A DNA stretch of 64,000 nucleotides from Thermomicrobiales bacterium (GCA_965218235.1 OZ244595.1:96108-160107), one strand, 5' to 3'; counted from the stretch's first letter, positions 8,370 through 18,247 are shown. Numbers and translations are program-made. The notes: generated by a model not told the origin, from the sequence alone.

Positions 8370-9161
8370 ATGCTCGCCCTGCTCAACAGTGAGATCTTCC
8401 GGACCGTCAAACGTCCCGTCACCTGGGTCATGCTGGCGATTCTCGTCGTCATCATCGCGGCGTTCTACGCCATCGTCTACTTCACCGTTGGGGATCCGGC
8501 GACGAACGAAGCCCTCCGGCCCGACGCGACCCGGAACAACGGGTTCGCGATCGGCTCCGGGATCGCCACCATTCTCGTCATCGTCCTCGCCGCCCAGTCG
8601 ATGGGCTCGGAGTACGGCTGGGGCACGATCCGGGCACTCGTCTCCCGGGCGAGCGGCCGGATCCCGCTGATCCTGTCCAAGCTGATCGTCCTGACCGGGT
8701 ACACCCTGCTCACGCTCGTCGTCACGGCGGCCGCGAGTGTTGGCTTCGCCTACCTGTTCGGGTCGCTCGCCAGCAACGACACGGGCGTATCCAGGAGCGA
8801 ATGGGTCGATGTCCTCGAAGCCGTCGCGAGGGGCATGCTCTCCATCGGCGTCTACGCGATCATCGCGCTGGTCATCACGATCCTCTCCAAGTCGACGGCG
8901 GCCGGTATCGCCGGGGCGATCGCACTCAGCTTCCTGGAACAGGCGATCTGGGCCCTCCTTGGCGCCGCGTCCGACACGTTCCACACCGTCAGCGAGTACT
9001 TCATCTCCTATAACGTCACCGGCCTCACCTCGATCGGCTCCGATCAGGCTGTCGATGGCTTCGACGCGACTCGCGGCACGATCGTTCTTGCCGCCTGGCT
9101 GGTCGGCCTGCTGGCGATCGCGATCCTCGTCTTCCGGCGCCGCGACATCACCGCGAGTTGA
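8370..9161 (+). CDS. ABC-2 type transporter permease
   Basis: The 263-aa protein has about 6 hydrophobic segments and lies directly downstream of the ATPase. Confidence 0.8.
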   Translation: MLALLNSEIFRTVKRPVTWVMLAILVVIIAAFYAIVYFTVGDPATNEALRPDATRNNGFAIGSGIATILVIVLAAQSMGSEYGWGTIRALVSRASGRIPLILSKLIVLTGYTLLTLVVTAAASVGFAYLFGSLASNDTGVSRSEWVDVLEAVARGMLSIGVYAIIALVITILSKSTAAGIAGAIALSFLEQAIWALLGAASDTFHTVSEYFISYNVTGLTSIGSDQAVDGFDATRGTIVLAAWLVGLLAIAILVFRRRDITAS

Positions 9162-9499
9162 TCGCATCGTTCACGCTGTTTGCCCGAAAGCTGGACCCAC
9201 GATTGGGCCGGCTTCCGTGCCATCGGCGTTCCCCGGCCCTAAAGGAGTGGGCTCAGGAACGGTGTGGAGCATCCCATTGATACCGGCGATTCTAGAGGGT
9301 GACCGGTCGGGCGCTGATTCTGACAGTCGCTGCACGGAACGACACGCGGTCCAAACGCGAATGGGCTCCTGGCAGGGGACAGCTTTCGCATTGTTCAGCA
9401 ATGGCATACTTGGTTCGATATCTTGCCGGCCAATCCGGTACTCCGCATCGAGGCCTCCCTACCAACCCCACTGCCACCTTCGAAAGGCCCAGCCCGAAC

Positions 9500-9778
9500 A
9501 TGGTCGACTCCACGACGACGTCCGTCCCTAATCCCCTCTGCGACATCGGCCGGACTCACCCCCGCGACCGCCACCGGATGCGCCCGGTCGAGGGCCGCGA
9601 GAACGTCTGGTACTGCCCGAAGCACGACCTCTACGCCGAGGTGATCGATTCGACGACGGCCGGCGGACTGGATCGAGGCGATAGCTTCCCCCTCTCTGAT
9701 GGCACCCCTGGAACGGTCCTGCGGCACGGCGACGAGCGAGCCGGCGGGACGATCGTCTACGTCCGCTCGGAACGCTAG
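9500..9778 (+). CDS. small hypothetical Cys/His-containing protein (92 aa)
   Basis: This is an internal ATG of track ORF 9299..9778. It contains CDIG..H...WYCPKH. It ends 11 nt before the LLM gene. The RBS is weak. Confidence 0.3.
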   Translation: MVDSTTTSVPNPLCDIGRTHPRDRHRMRPVEGRENVWYCPKHDLYAEVIDSTTAGGLDRGDSFPLSDGTPGTVLRHGDERAGGTIVYVRSER

Positions 9779-9789
9779 CGGCCGCCGCA

Positions 9790-10929
9790 ATGCGTTTCGA
9801 CATCTCCCTCAGCCACCACGACCTCGCCCGCGCCCAGGCGAAGGACGAGGTGCTCGGGAGCGAGCGGGCGAGCATGACACTGACGGCGCGGGACCGGCTC
9901 GTCGCCCTCGCTCGGGCGGCCGAGGCCGGTGGGGCCAGGGCGATCTGGGTCAGTGAGGACCCAGAGGGCTGGGACGCCTTCGCCATCCTGACGCTGCTCG
10001 CGACGCAGACCAGCACGATCCGTCTCGGGACCGGTGTCACCAACCCGCTGCTCCGGCACCCCAACCAGATCGCCGCCGCGCTCTCGACGCTGGACATCAT
10101 CTCCGGCGGGCGGGCGTTCCTTGGGATCGGCCGGGGCGAGCCGGCCTGGTACCGACGGGGCCTCGGCGTCCCCGTTCCCTGGCAGCCGCTGGATGGCCTG
10201 GCCCGGACGGTCGAGCTTCTCCGGGAATGGTGGCAGCCGCCGCACCGGGTCGAAGTGGAAGGTCCGATCGACGCGCACACCGTCTTCCCCGTCCGTAACT
10301 GGGAGCGGACGATCAACCCACTTTCGGATTCGACCGCCCCGCCGATCATCATCGCGGCGGCCGGACCGAAAGCGCTACGCCTCGCCGGAGAGGTAGCGGA
10401 CGGTGTGCTGTTCAATGACCTCGCCAGCGACGCATACCTCGCCTGGGCAATCGGACTGGTCCGCGAGAGCGCGACGACGGTCGGCCGCGACCCGGCCGCC
10501 CTCCGGTTCACCTACGGCACCCGCGTCCTGATCACCGACGATCCGGCTCCGGCAATCGAGCGGATGAAATTCACCGTCGCCCTGATCAACGCGCTGCCCG
10601 GGATGGACCGGCAACTCGCTGGCGCGGGATTCAACATTCCCGATCTGATCGGCCGGATTCGGCGAACGCTGGGTAGCGACGAGCAACTCGCCCGAGGCGG
10701 CGGCTTCCCGGCACTGCGGAGCGGCGGCCGGCTCCGCGATGCCGCCCAACTGGTCCCGAGTGGACTGGTCCAACGTCTGAGCGTGATCGGGCCGGCGAAC
10801 CACGTCCGGAACCGGCTTCAGAAGCTGGCTACCCTGGGAATCGACACTGTTCTGGTCCAGTTGCCAAATGGCTCTGAACCGCCCGAAGAGCTCCGGAAGC
10901 GTCTCGAGAACCTGCATCTGTTGTTGTAG
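9790..10929 (+). CDS. LLM-class (luciferase-like) flavin/F420-dependent oxidoreductase
   Basis: It shows the luciferase-like monooxygenase pattern (ISGGRAFLGIGRGE, TIM-barrel length 379 aa). Confidence 0.8.
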   Translation: MRFDISLSHHDLARAQAKDEVLGSERASMTLTARDRLVALARAAEAGGARAIWVSEDPEGWDAFAILTLLATQTSTIRLGTGVTNPLLRHPNQIAAALSTLDIISGGRAFLGIGRGEPAWYRRGLGVPVPWQPLDGLARTVELLREWWQPPHRVEVEGPIDAHTVFPVRNWERTINPLSDSTAPPIIIAAAGPKALRLAGEVADGVLFNDLASDAYLAWAIGLVRESATTVGRDPAALRFTYGTRVLITDDPAPAIERMKFTVALINALPGMDRQLAGAGFNIPDLIGRIRRTLGSDEQLARGGGFPALRSGGRLRDAAQLVPSGLVQRLSVIGPANHVRNRLQKLATLGIDTVLVQLPNGSEPPEELRKRLENLHLLL

Positions 10930-11073
10930 TTGCATCCGGTCAACATGTACGGTCATGATCGTCGGCCAAAACCCATATAATGGAGACTGTCCGTACACCT
11001 TTCGTTAACCAGAAACTATGGAAGGTGCCAACCATCATGCGAGCGAAACCCAGCGACGTATTCGGGTTCTTCA

Positions 11074-11706
11074 ATGGCAAAACCGCGAGGCGAACTCCGC
11101 GTCACTGACGGTTTTCGGATACACTATCAGGGAGTGGAGGGGACGCCTGTGGCCTGGAATACGATAGCTGCCGGGGTCGGTATCCTGCTCCTTACCGTGG
11201 CCTGGTACGGGATGCAGGTGGCCGCGCTGCGCGACCTTCTCGTCCGGCCACGCGTCCGCGGTGGCAACAAGATCCTGTGGGCCTTCGCGATCCTCTGCGT
11301 CCCGTTCCTCGGGGCGCTTTGGTATCTCAGCATGGGTCCAATCAGCTTCCTGCCGCGTCCAGTCCGAGCGGCTCCCGGCAGCAGTGTTGCCGCCGCACCA
11401 CCTTCTCTCCGTGTCGTCGTTTCTCCTCGCGACCGTCGGGCACCCAACCTGCCGGCACTGACAACACCGGTAAACGGAACCCGCTCCCTGCGGTTGGTCC
11501 CGTCACGGAGCACAACCGCTGCCCCATCGGGGCGACCGTTCCGGCGACTGGCCATCGATCCCGTGATCGGCACCGACTCCGGTGACCTGCTCCCGACGCG
11601 GGCGTCCGTCGAGCGGAGCCGCCGGCCCAGTCCGGACGCGATCCGCTGGCCGGGGACCCCCATCCCGCAGGGCTACCACCAAGGCGACGCCAACCTGCAC
11701 GATTAG
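11074..11706 (+). CDS. membrane protein with PLD-nuclease N-terminal (PLDc_N) domain and a long disordered tail
   Basis: NKILWAFAILCVPFLGALWYL is typical of the PLDc_N small membrane domain. The C-terminal ~120 aa are P/R/S-rich and may be partly read-through. Confidence 0.6.
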   Translation: MAKPRGELRVTDGFRIHYQGVEGTPVAWNTIAAGVGILLLTVAWYGMQVAALRDLLVRPRVRGGNKILWAFAILCVPFLGALWYLSMGPISFLPRPVRAAPGSSVAAAPPSLRVVVSPRDRRAPNLPALTTPVNGTRSLRLVPSRSTTAAPSGRPFRRLAIDPVIGTDSGDLLPTRASVERSRRPSPDAIRWPGTPIPQGYHQGDANLHD

Positions 11707-11740
11707 TCCGCATTGACGGCCTCCTCAATCGGGAAGCGAT

Positions 11741-11860
11741 CTGGTAGATGGCCGACTTCCCATTGAGGAGGCGCTGGATCGCGCCCAGCTGGCCGGGGCG
11801 GAACTCGTCAAAGCGGAAGTCCCTGTTCGTAATCCGGGTGTTCGTGGCCATCGGGATGAG
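11741..11860 (-). pseudogene. remnant of a RecQ-family helicase N-terminus (about 40 codons)
   Basis: MATNTRITNRDFRFDEFRPGQLGAIQRLLNGKSAIYQIAS resembles RecQ F.FRPGQ..AI..LL.G.D...MPTG.GKS.CYQ.PA, but the segment between G-K/D and GKS is missing. No helicase similarity follows. Confidence 0.35.
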
Positions 11861-12137
11861 GGACGCACATGGAGCGCTCGCAGTGACTGGCAATCCTGTC
11901 CATTCCGTCACGACCGAGATCGGCCCTCGGGATGGTAACAACCGTCTCAGTGGACACGAAACAGGAGTCCACTCAAACGAGCGGGCCGAATCGAAGACCC
12001 AGAAGCACCGCACCGGCGGGCATCGCCGGTGACGAGTCCCGAGCGGGCGGGGCAACGCCGGAGTGCCTTCGCAGAGGCAGGTGCGGAGCCGCGATTCGGT
12101 CGACCATCCCACGAGCGAGGACGTTCCCGGCGCCTGG

Positions 12138-12180
12138 ATGACCGAGCCCGGACTGCTTCTCGCGGTCCGGGCTCGGTCAT
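12138..12180 (-). terminator. terminator-like hairpin downstream of the SDR gene
   Basis: ATGACCGAGCCCGGAC-11 nt-GTCCGGGCTCGGTCAT is a 16-bp perfect stem, 33 nt after the stop at 12213. There is no U-tract. Confidence 0.5.
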
Positions 12181-12212
12181 TCAGGCGTATCGCGTTGGTT
12201 CGAGACCAGCGA

Positions 12213-12992
12213 CTACGCGAGGCGGGGCAGGGAGTCGAGGGCACCGCCGATGACGATGGTCTCGCCGGTCCTGAGGGCGAGGTCCGTGGCTGCACCGACG
12301 ATGGCGGCTGCCATGTCATCGGTCGTCGGCAGGTCGCCAGCCCGGTCCCTCGCCTCGGCTGTCATGCCCGGCATCGCCCGCTCCAGCAGCTTGGGGGTGA
12401 TCGTGCCCTCGATCAGGTCGCCGGTGATGACCGCGAGGCGGACGTTCTGTCCGGCCAACTCGTCGAGCCGGTCGCGCAGGGCCCGCTCACCGGCGTGTTT
12501 GCTGCTCGCGACCGGGTCGTAGGCGGGCAGCTGAACGACCTCGCCATAGAGGTGGGCCCAGTGGCTGGTGACGAAGACGACGGTGCCACCGCCGGACGCC
12601 TGAGAGAGCATCGGCAGGACGGCGTCGAGGGTGGAGATCTGGGCGTCGCGGTTGATCGTCATCGGGTAGTCCGGGTTGGCGGCGACGATCTCTCGCTCCA
12701 GCCCGCCCGACGCGTTGAGGACGAGCAGGTCCAACCGTCCGGCCCAGCCGCCTACCGCCTCGGCCAGCGCTGCACGGTCCACCGCGACGGTCATGTCGCC
12801 ACCGATGGCGAGTCCGCGGCCACCGGCGGCCTCGACCTTCGCGACGATCTCCTCTGCTCGGGCGGCCTTGTTACGATACGTCACGGCGACGTCATAGCCG
12901 CGCTGGGCGAGCTGGACGGCCGTCGCGGCGCCGACCCCGCGCGAGCCGCCGGTCACGAGAGCCACGGGCCGCTGCCCATCCTGATCGGTCAT
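12213..12992 (-). CDS. SDR family oxidoreductase
   Basis: The start MTDQDGQRPVALVTGGSRGVGAA carries the TGxxxGxG motif. The upstream part of the track ORF (to 13085) lacks homology-like features. Confidence 0.85.
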   Translation of the reverse strand: MTDQDGQRPVALVTGGSRGVGAATAVQLAQRGYDVAVTYRNKAARAEEIVAKVEAAGGRGLAIGGDMTVAVDRAALAEAVGGWAGRLDLLVLNASGGLEREIVAANPDYPMTINRDAQISTLDAVLPMLSQASGGGTVVFVTSHWAHLYGEVVQLPAYDPVASSKHAGERALRDRLDELAGQNVRLAVITGDLIEGTITPKLLERAMPGMTAEARDRAGDLPTTDDMAAAIVGAATDLALRTGETIVIGGALDSLPRLA

Positions 12993-13104
12993 CTGCCACG
13001 CTCCTCTGATCGATCCTTCAACCGTCACACCGGCTCGTCGCGTCCGGAAACGCCGTATTGTCGCATGTCCACCCTGGACACCCAACCAGATGGCGGACCC
13101 GGAA

Positions 13105-14508
13105 TCAGGCCCGTGGGACAGCCGGGTCGCCGGCCGGCGCGGCGTCCATCTCCTCCCGCACGGCCGCCGAGGCGAACCGGCGCCAGGCGTAGACCGCGGC
13201 GGCGATGCTGGTCAGCCCGGTGAAGGACAACAACCCGTCCAGTGCGCCGAACCGCACCCCGGAGAACGTGACCGAGAACGATTCGCCGAGCGAACCGTAG
13301 ACGATGCCGCCACCGAGGACGCCGAGCAGCGTCGCGACGTTGATCAGCGGGTTGAGCGTTCCGCCGACCCGCCCAAGATAGGCCCGTGGCGTGACGCGAA
13401 GCAAGATCGGGGAGATGGCGATGTTTACGGCGGGGAAGACCAGCCCGAACAGGAAGATCAGCACGAGTCCGGCGGGAACCGAGGCGAGCTGGGCGTAGAC
13501 GAGCATCAGGATACCGAGCAGCGCCATGCCGGCGCAGAACATCGCCGGCATCCCGAGGCGCGTGGCGAGGACACTGAACGCGACCGCGCCGATCAGCGTC
13601 CCGGCGCCCTGGGCGGCGCCGAACCAGCCGTAGATGTCGGCCGTGCCGCCGAGGTTGAAGATCACGAAGAAGGGGTCGACGGCATTGAGGACGCCGAAGC
13701 CGGCCAGCGCGATCACCAGGCAGACGGCGATCGTCGTCAGGGTCGGGGACTGGCCGAACATCCGGAGCCCCGCCAGGAGATCGGTCCAGACGAGCCGGAC
13801 CCGGTCCCGCGGGGTCGTGGTGACGGCCGAAGGTGTGGCGACCGATTCAGCCGTTTCGTCCAGCACTGCTCCACGGGCCGCGGTCCGGACGAGTCCGGCG
13901 CAGGCGACGAAGCTGACGGCATTCAGCGTCAGCGCCCAGGTCAGGCCAAACGAGATGAACAACGGCGCGGCCAGCGGCGGACCGATCAGGATCGCGATCC
14001 CGAAGGCGACCTGGTTGAGGCTCGCCGAGCGGGGCCGGTCCGGTTCGGCGACGATGTCCCGCGAGATGATCGCGGTCGATGGCCGGATGAACTGGTTGAT
14101 CGCGCTGATCGCGACGACCGCCGCCAGGAGCACAGCCGTCTGAAGGGCCGTCGGCAGGCTCGGACCGATTCCAAACAGGTCATCGGCCAGCAGCGGCGCC
14201 AGCAGGATCGTCAGGAGCGCGATCAGGGTGCTGGACCGGACGACGACACGGACCTTGTCGCGGCCCTGATCGACGATCGTCCCGGCAATCGGCCCGACGA
14301 TGATCGTGGGAATGAGCGAGGCGACGAAGATGCCCGAGACCAGCCACGAGCCGGACTGGCCGAACTGCTGCGCGGCCCAGACGATCAACGTGAACTCGAA
14401 GATCATGTCGCCGACAGCGGAGAGCAGCGTCCCGGCCCAAAGCGTGGCGAAGCGGCGGCTGATGTAGAACTGAGCGGACGGTGCACCGGTACCGGTCGAC
14501 GGTGTCAC
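13105..14508 (-). CDS. MFS transporter
   Basis: The 467-aa protein has about 12 TM segments. The GTG start has GGGAGG 9 nt upstream. Confidence 0.85.
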   Translation of the reverse strand: MTPSTGTGAPSAQFYISRRFATLWAGTLLSAVGDMIFEFTLIVWAAQQFGQSGSWLVSGIFVASLIPTIIVGPIAGTIVDQGRDKVRVVVRSSTLIALLTILLAPLLADDLFGIGPSLPTALQTAVLLAAVVAISAINQFIRPSTAIISRDIVAEPDRPRSASLNQVAFGIAILIGPPLAAPLFISFGLTWALTLNAVSFVACAGLVRTAARGAVLDETAESVATPSAVTTTPRDRVRLVWTDLLAGLRMFGQSPTLTTIAVCLVIALAGFGVLNAVDPFFVIFNLGGTADIYGWFGAAQGAGTLIGAVAFSVLATRLGMPAMFCAGMALLGILMLVYAQLASVPAGLVLIFLFGLVFPAVNIAISPILLRVTPRAYLGRVGGTLNPLINVATLLGVLGGGIVYGSLGESFSVTFSGVRFGALDGLLSFTGLTSIAAAVYAWRRFASAAVREEMDAAPAGDPAVPRA

Positions 14509-14581
14509 GATACGCTGCCTCCCCGCGGCAGGTGGTTGGTCCCCACGATGAGCCGATTGTAACGGTAGTCCGGCTCCCTAT

Positions 14582-14766
14582 GGCCCCATCCCCAGGCTCG
14601 TCGCCCCGGTCCGATCAGCGAGTATCAATCGACCGGTTACAGCGGTGCTCAGAAAGGTTCACCGCCTCCTCCATGGAAACGACGTGGTCTCCCCCGCTCC
14701 ATCCGACGAGGATCGAAGGGACGAATCCGGGTGCCCCCTGGGCGCGGGATGGGGCCGGGGGTGGGG
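14582..14766 (+). repeat. C-rich/G-rich intergenic hairpin element, copy A (arms GGCCCCATCCCC ... GGGATGGGGCCGGGGGTGGGG)
   Basis: The arms lie at 14582-14593 and 14746-14766. Both are followed by GGCTCGTCGC. The element sits in the 560-bp spacer between the formyltransferase and the MFS gene. Confidence 0.4.
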
Positions 14767-15070
14767 CTCGTCGCTGGCGACCGGACAACGCCAGTGAATC
14801 CGGCTGTTACGTGCGCGGCCACCCGGCCGCCGGTATCCGGGTTCGCCTCGTGTCCAGTTCGCCTGGCTCGTTGGGCGTTGTGAAGACCCGTGGTCGGTAG
14901 GATTTCCTGGCGAACTGAAGGCCGTCCAAATGGCTTCAAAGACTATCTGCGCATTTGCAGGACGGCAACGATCCTGAGCCCGAATCGCTTGACCGCGGCT
15001 GCGGCGGGGCGAACCGGGCCGGGGTCCATTCGATACCGTACGACCGGTAATCAGCGGGACCTGCTACTCA

Positions 15071-16090
15071 CTACTCGCCGACCGCGGCCGGCCGGCGAGG
15101 CGCCTTGTACGACACCAGGAGGGCGTCCGGGATCACGTCATTGACCGGCTCGCCGGGCTGGACCCGGACCGGCCCGTCGCCCGCCATGACGACCAGGTCG
15201 TCGCCGTCGCGGCCGATCACCTCTCCGGCCTGGACCCCGAACCGGACGTAGGGAGCCTCCGCCTCTGGGACCGGGGCGACCATCAGGACGAGCCGGGCGT
15301 GCCCCTCGATGGCAGCGCGGGCCCGGGTCTCGACGAGGTTCAGGGCGATCGCCCGACGGCGGAGGGCGTCGCCTGGCAGCCGCCAGTCCAGCCAGTGGTC
15401 GTCGGGCGTGAATCCGGCGGCGTAGGTCGCGGCTGAGTCGTCCTGCTCCTCGCCCCGCTCGCCCCGCGCCGCGCGGGCCACGCCCTCGTCGAGTGCCGCG
15501 ACGATCAGCTGGTCGTAGAGCGCACGGACCGACTCGATCGTGGGTTCCTCGGGCAGCGGCGCCTCCTGCACGCTGAGGGTCGGCCCGGCGTCGAACTCCG
15601 GCGCCATCCGGTGAAGGGCCGCCCCGATCGTCGGGTCGCCCTCGTAGATCATCCGGTGCGGATTCGGCCCCCGGAACCGGGGGAGCGGCGCCGGATGCAG
15701 GTTGAGCGCTCCAAGCGGCGCGACACTGAGAAGTGCGTCCGGCAACCGGTACGGGAAGGTGTAGGACAGAATCAGATCGGGCTTCGCGGCGGCGATGATC
15801 GGAGTCGCCCAGCGGAAGCGGGTCGTGATCAGGATCTCCGTTCGCGGTGGAGCGGCCGCGACGACCTGGCGGTAGCCCAGATAGGTCCGTGGAGCCGGGC
15901 CTGGCGTCGTGACGAGCAAGACGATCTCATGCCCCCGCGACTCGGCCCAGTCCCGGACGAGCCGGTACGCCTCAGGCTCGACGTGGAACGTCGCGATCCG
16001 CAGCCCCTGCCGTCCGGCCCCGTTCCTCACCCCGTTACTGGCCCCGTTGCTGGAAATCGTCAACGCCCCGTACCTCAGATCCGACCGCAC
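15071..16090 (-). CDS. formyltransferase family protein (methionyl-tRNA formyltransferase-like)
   Basis: ALNLHPAPLPRFRGPNP matches the HPSLLP..RG-type motif with Asn/His, and an Asp lies in EFDAGP. A C-terminal domain is present. Confidence 0.75.
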   Translation of the reverse strand: MRSDLRYGALTISSNGASNGVRNGAGRQGLRIATFHVEPEAYRLVRDWAESRGHEIVLLVTTPGPAPRTYLGYRQVVAAAPPRTEILITTRFRWATPIIAAAKPDLILSYTFPYRLPDALLSVAPLGALNLHPAPLPRFRGPNPHRMIYEGDPTIGAALHRMAPEFDAGPTLSVQEAPLPEEPTIESVRALYDQLIVAALDEGVARAARGERGEEQDDSAATYAAGFTPDDHWLDWRLPGDALRRRAIALNLVETRARAAIEGHARLVLMVAPVPEAEAPYVRFGVQAGEVIGRDGDDLVVMAGDGPVRVQPGEPVNDVIPDALLVSYKAPRRPAAVGE

Positions 16091-16286
16091 GAATTACCCA
16101 ATATGCTGGACATGGTGACGCAATACGGGTCCCGTAACAAGTCCGGCATTGGTGGACGGCGAGCCGGCCCCAGCCTCCTCCTCAGCTCAGGTTCGTCCCA
16201 TTGATCCTCACCGGAAGGGGAGGCGGAAACAGTCCGCCGCTCAACGAGCGATTCCCGGAGAGCGGCCGCCGGACTTGTTACGGAAC

Positions 16287-16359
16287 CCTCCCCATCCGTC
16301 CTCCGAGCGAGGCGCGACGTCGTCGCGGCGAGCGAAAGACGAGATGGAGAGGGATGGGG
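16287..16359 (+). repeat. C-rich/G-rich intergenic hairpin element, copy B
   Basis: CCCTCCCCATCCGTCCTC ... GAGATGGAGAGGGATGGGG are imperfect inverted arms around a GC-rich core. Confidence 0.45.
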
Positions 16360-16366
16360 CAGAGCG

Positions 16367-18247
16367 CTACTCCAGAAGGTGCCGCTCGAAGAACGCGACC
16401 GTGTCGCCATAGGCCTTGAGCTCGTTGGACCGCTTCGTGAAGCCGTGGCCCTCGTCCTCGTAGACGTCGTACGTCACGTCGACGCCACGCTCCCGGAGCC
16501 GCTCGACGATCTGGTCGCTCTCCGGCTTCACGACGCGCGGGTCGTTCGCCCCCTGGATGACGAACAGCGGCGCCCGGATCTGATCGACATAGGTGATGGG
16601 CGAGCGCTCCATGAGGAAGTCGACCTCCGTCTCCGGATCGCCAACCCAGGCTGTCATCATCCGGCGCCACGTCGGCGGGACAGCCTTCGCGAAGGTGACG
16701 AGGTTGGACGGCCCGACGATGTCGACCGCCGCCGCCCAGTACTCCGGCAGCCGGCTGACGCAGCTCAGCGTCGCGAAGCCGCCGAACGATCCGCCGTAGA
16801 CCCCGAGGCGATCGCCGTCGACCCATTCCAGGCCGCGCAGGTACTCGGCGGCCGCCCGGAAGTCCTCCAGCTCGGCGCCACCCCAGTCGTGGTGGATCCG
16901 CTTCTGGTATCCCTTGCCGTACCCCGTGCTGCCCCGGACGTTCGGCGCCATCACGCCGATCCCCCGGCTGAGCAGGTATTGGTAGAGTCCTACGCCGTAG
17001 TTGGCCCGCTCTTGCGCCTCCGGCCCGCCGTGGATGCTGAGCACGACCGGGAATGGCCCCTGGCCGGCCGGGCGATACAGCCAGGCGGGAACTTCCAGCC
17101 CGTCGTGCGTCCGGTACCGGATCAGCTCCGGCCGGATCATCGTCGCCGGGTCGATCCCGCCGAGCATGCTCTCGGTGAGCTGCGTCAGCGTTCCCGAGCG
17201 AAGGTCGAGCGTGAAGACCTCCGGGGCGCTGTCCGGCCGGCTGAGCAGGAACGCCAGCACCGGCGCCCCGTTCGCTCCGACCAGCGTGCCGATCACGCCG
17301 GGCGGCACCTCCGGCAAGGAGACGGCGGTCGCGTCCGTCAGCGAGCCGGACGGGACGCCGCGCTTGCCAAGGTCATGCACGTCGAGGCGACTGACGCCGT
17401 CCTCGTTGACGACGATCGCGAGGTAGCGTCCGCTGGAGGCCGTCGCGACGAGTTCGACGTCCCAGTCGGGCGTGAGGAGGGGCCGTCGCTGCCCGGTCGC
17501 GATGTCGAGGAAGGCGAGGCCGGTGAACTCCCGTCCCTCGTCCGTCTGAACGAAGTACCCCGAGCTGTCGCGGGCCCAGGGACCGCCGATGAAGATCGCG
17601 TTTGCGTCGGCCGGCGTCAGGACCTGTGCGGAGCCGGATGTGAGGTCGATCACCCCCGGCCGGATGTCCATGTTGGAGTGCCCCTGTCCGTAGGCGATCT
17701 TCGTCCCGTCGGGCGACCAGCTCAACCCCTCATTGAGCTGCCCATCGGCAAGCGGTCGACCCGCCTCTGTGCCGTGCAGGTTGCGGATGATGATGTCGAG
17801 ATCGGTGTCGAGCCGGTCGTTTGCAGAAATCAGGACCTCGCGGCCAGACGGGGAGAAGGGCGACTCGGCCAGGAAGGCCTGGACGTTCTCTCGCCCAAAG
17901 ATCTCGACCGGCGCTCCCCCCGTGATCGGCAGCCGGTAGATCCGCGTGAACTCGTCGCCGGCCCGGTCGGCCGAAAACACCAGCGTCTGGCCGTCCGGCG
18001 AGCAGGCGACGAGGCGTACTGTCTGGTCCTCGAACAAGGTGAGCTGGCGGGCGTATCCACCCGTCGCCGGTTGCCGCCAGAGGTTGAACTGCCCGGAGAC
18101 GTTGGTCGAGTAGACGACCTCCGTCCCGTCCGGTGTCAATGCCAGCGTCGGCTGGTAACGCCGGGTGGCCGCGTACTGGCTGAACGGGGCGTGGGCCCGA
18201 TCTGGCGCCGCCGTTTCCGTCTGTCGCTCACTACCCCGCGCAACCAT
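16367..18247 (-). CDS. S9 family serine peptidase (prolyl oligopeptidase/acylaminoacyl-peptidase type) with N-terminal beta-propeller
   Basis: It has the nucleophile elbow GGSFGGFAT, C-terminal catalytic Asp/His regions (GANDPRV, EGHGF) and TolB-like repeats N-terminally. The ATG at 18247 has GAGGAA 7 nt upstream; the track start is at 18307. Confidence 0.9.
   Translation of the reverse strand: MVARGSERQTETAAPDRAHAPFSQYAATRRYQPTLALTPDGTEVVYSTNVSGQFNLWRQPATGGYARQLTLFEDQTVRLVACSPDGQTLVFSADRAGDEFTRIYRLPITGGAPVEIFGRENVQAFLAESPFSPSGREVLISANDRLDTDLDIIIRNLHGTEAGRPLADGQLNEGLSWSPDGTKIAYGQGHSNMDIRPGVIDLTSGSAQVLTPADANAIFIGGPWARDSSGYFVQTDEGREFTGLAFLDIATGQRRPLLTPDWDVELVATASSGRYLAIVVNEDGVSRLDVHDLGKRGVPSGSLTDATAVSLPEVPPGVIGTLVGANGAPVLAFLLSRPDSAPEVFTLDLRSGTLTQLTESMLGGIDPATMIRPELIRYRTHDGLEVPAWLYRPAGQGPFPVVLSIHGGPEAQERANYGVGLYQYLLSRGIGVMAPNVRGSTGYGKGYQKRIHHDWGGAELEDFRAAAEYLRGLEWVDGDRLGVYGGSFGGFATLSCVSRLPEYWAAAVDIVGPSNLVTFAKAVPPTWRRMMTAWVGDPETEVDFLMERSPITYVDQIRAPLFVIQGANDPRVVKPESDQIVERLRERGVDVTYDVYEDEGHGFTKRSNELKAYGDTVAFFERHLLE

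Noticed and set aside
11342-12319. 325-aa ORF on the - strand as a real gene
   Set aside because: Only about 40 codons (11741-11860) resemble anything, namely a RecQ N-terminus. The remainder is P/S/R-rich and runs antisense into the PLDc_N gene.
12063-14562. 386-aa and 490-aa ORFs on the + strand (12063..13223, 13090..14562)
   Set aside because: They are antisense to the SDR and MFS genes. Their D/R/G/E-rich low-complexity translations are typical of shadow ORFs.
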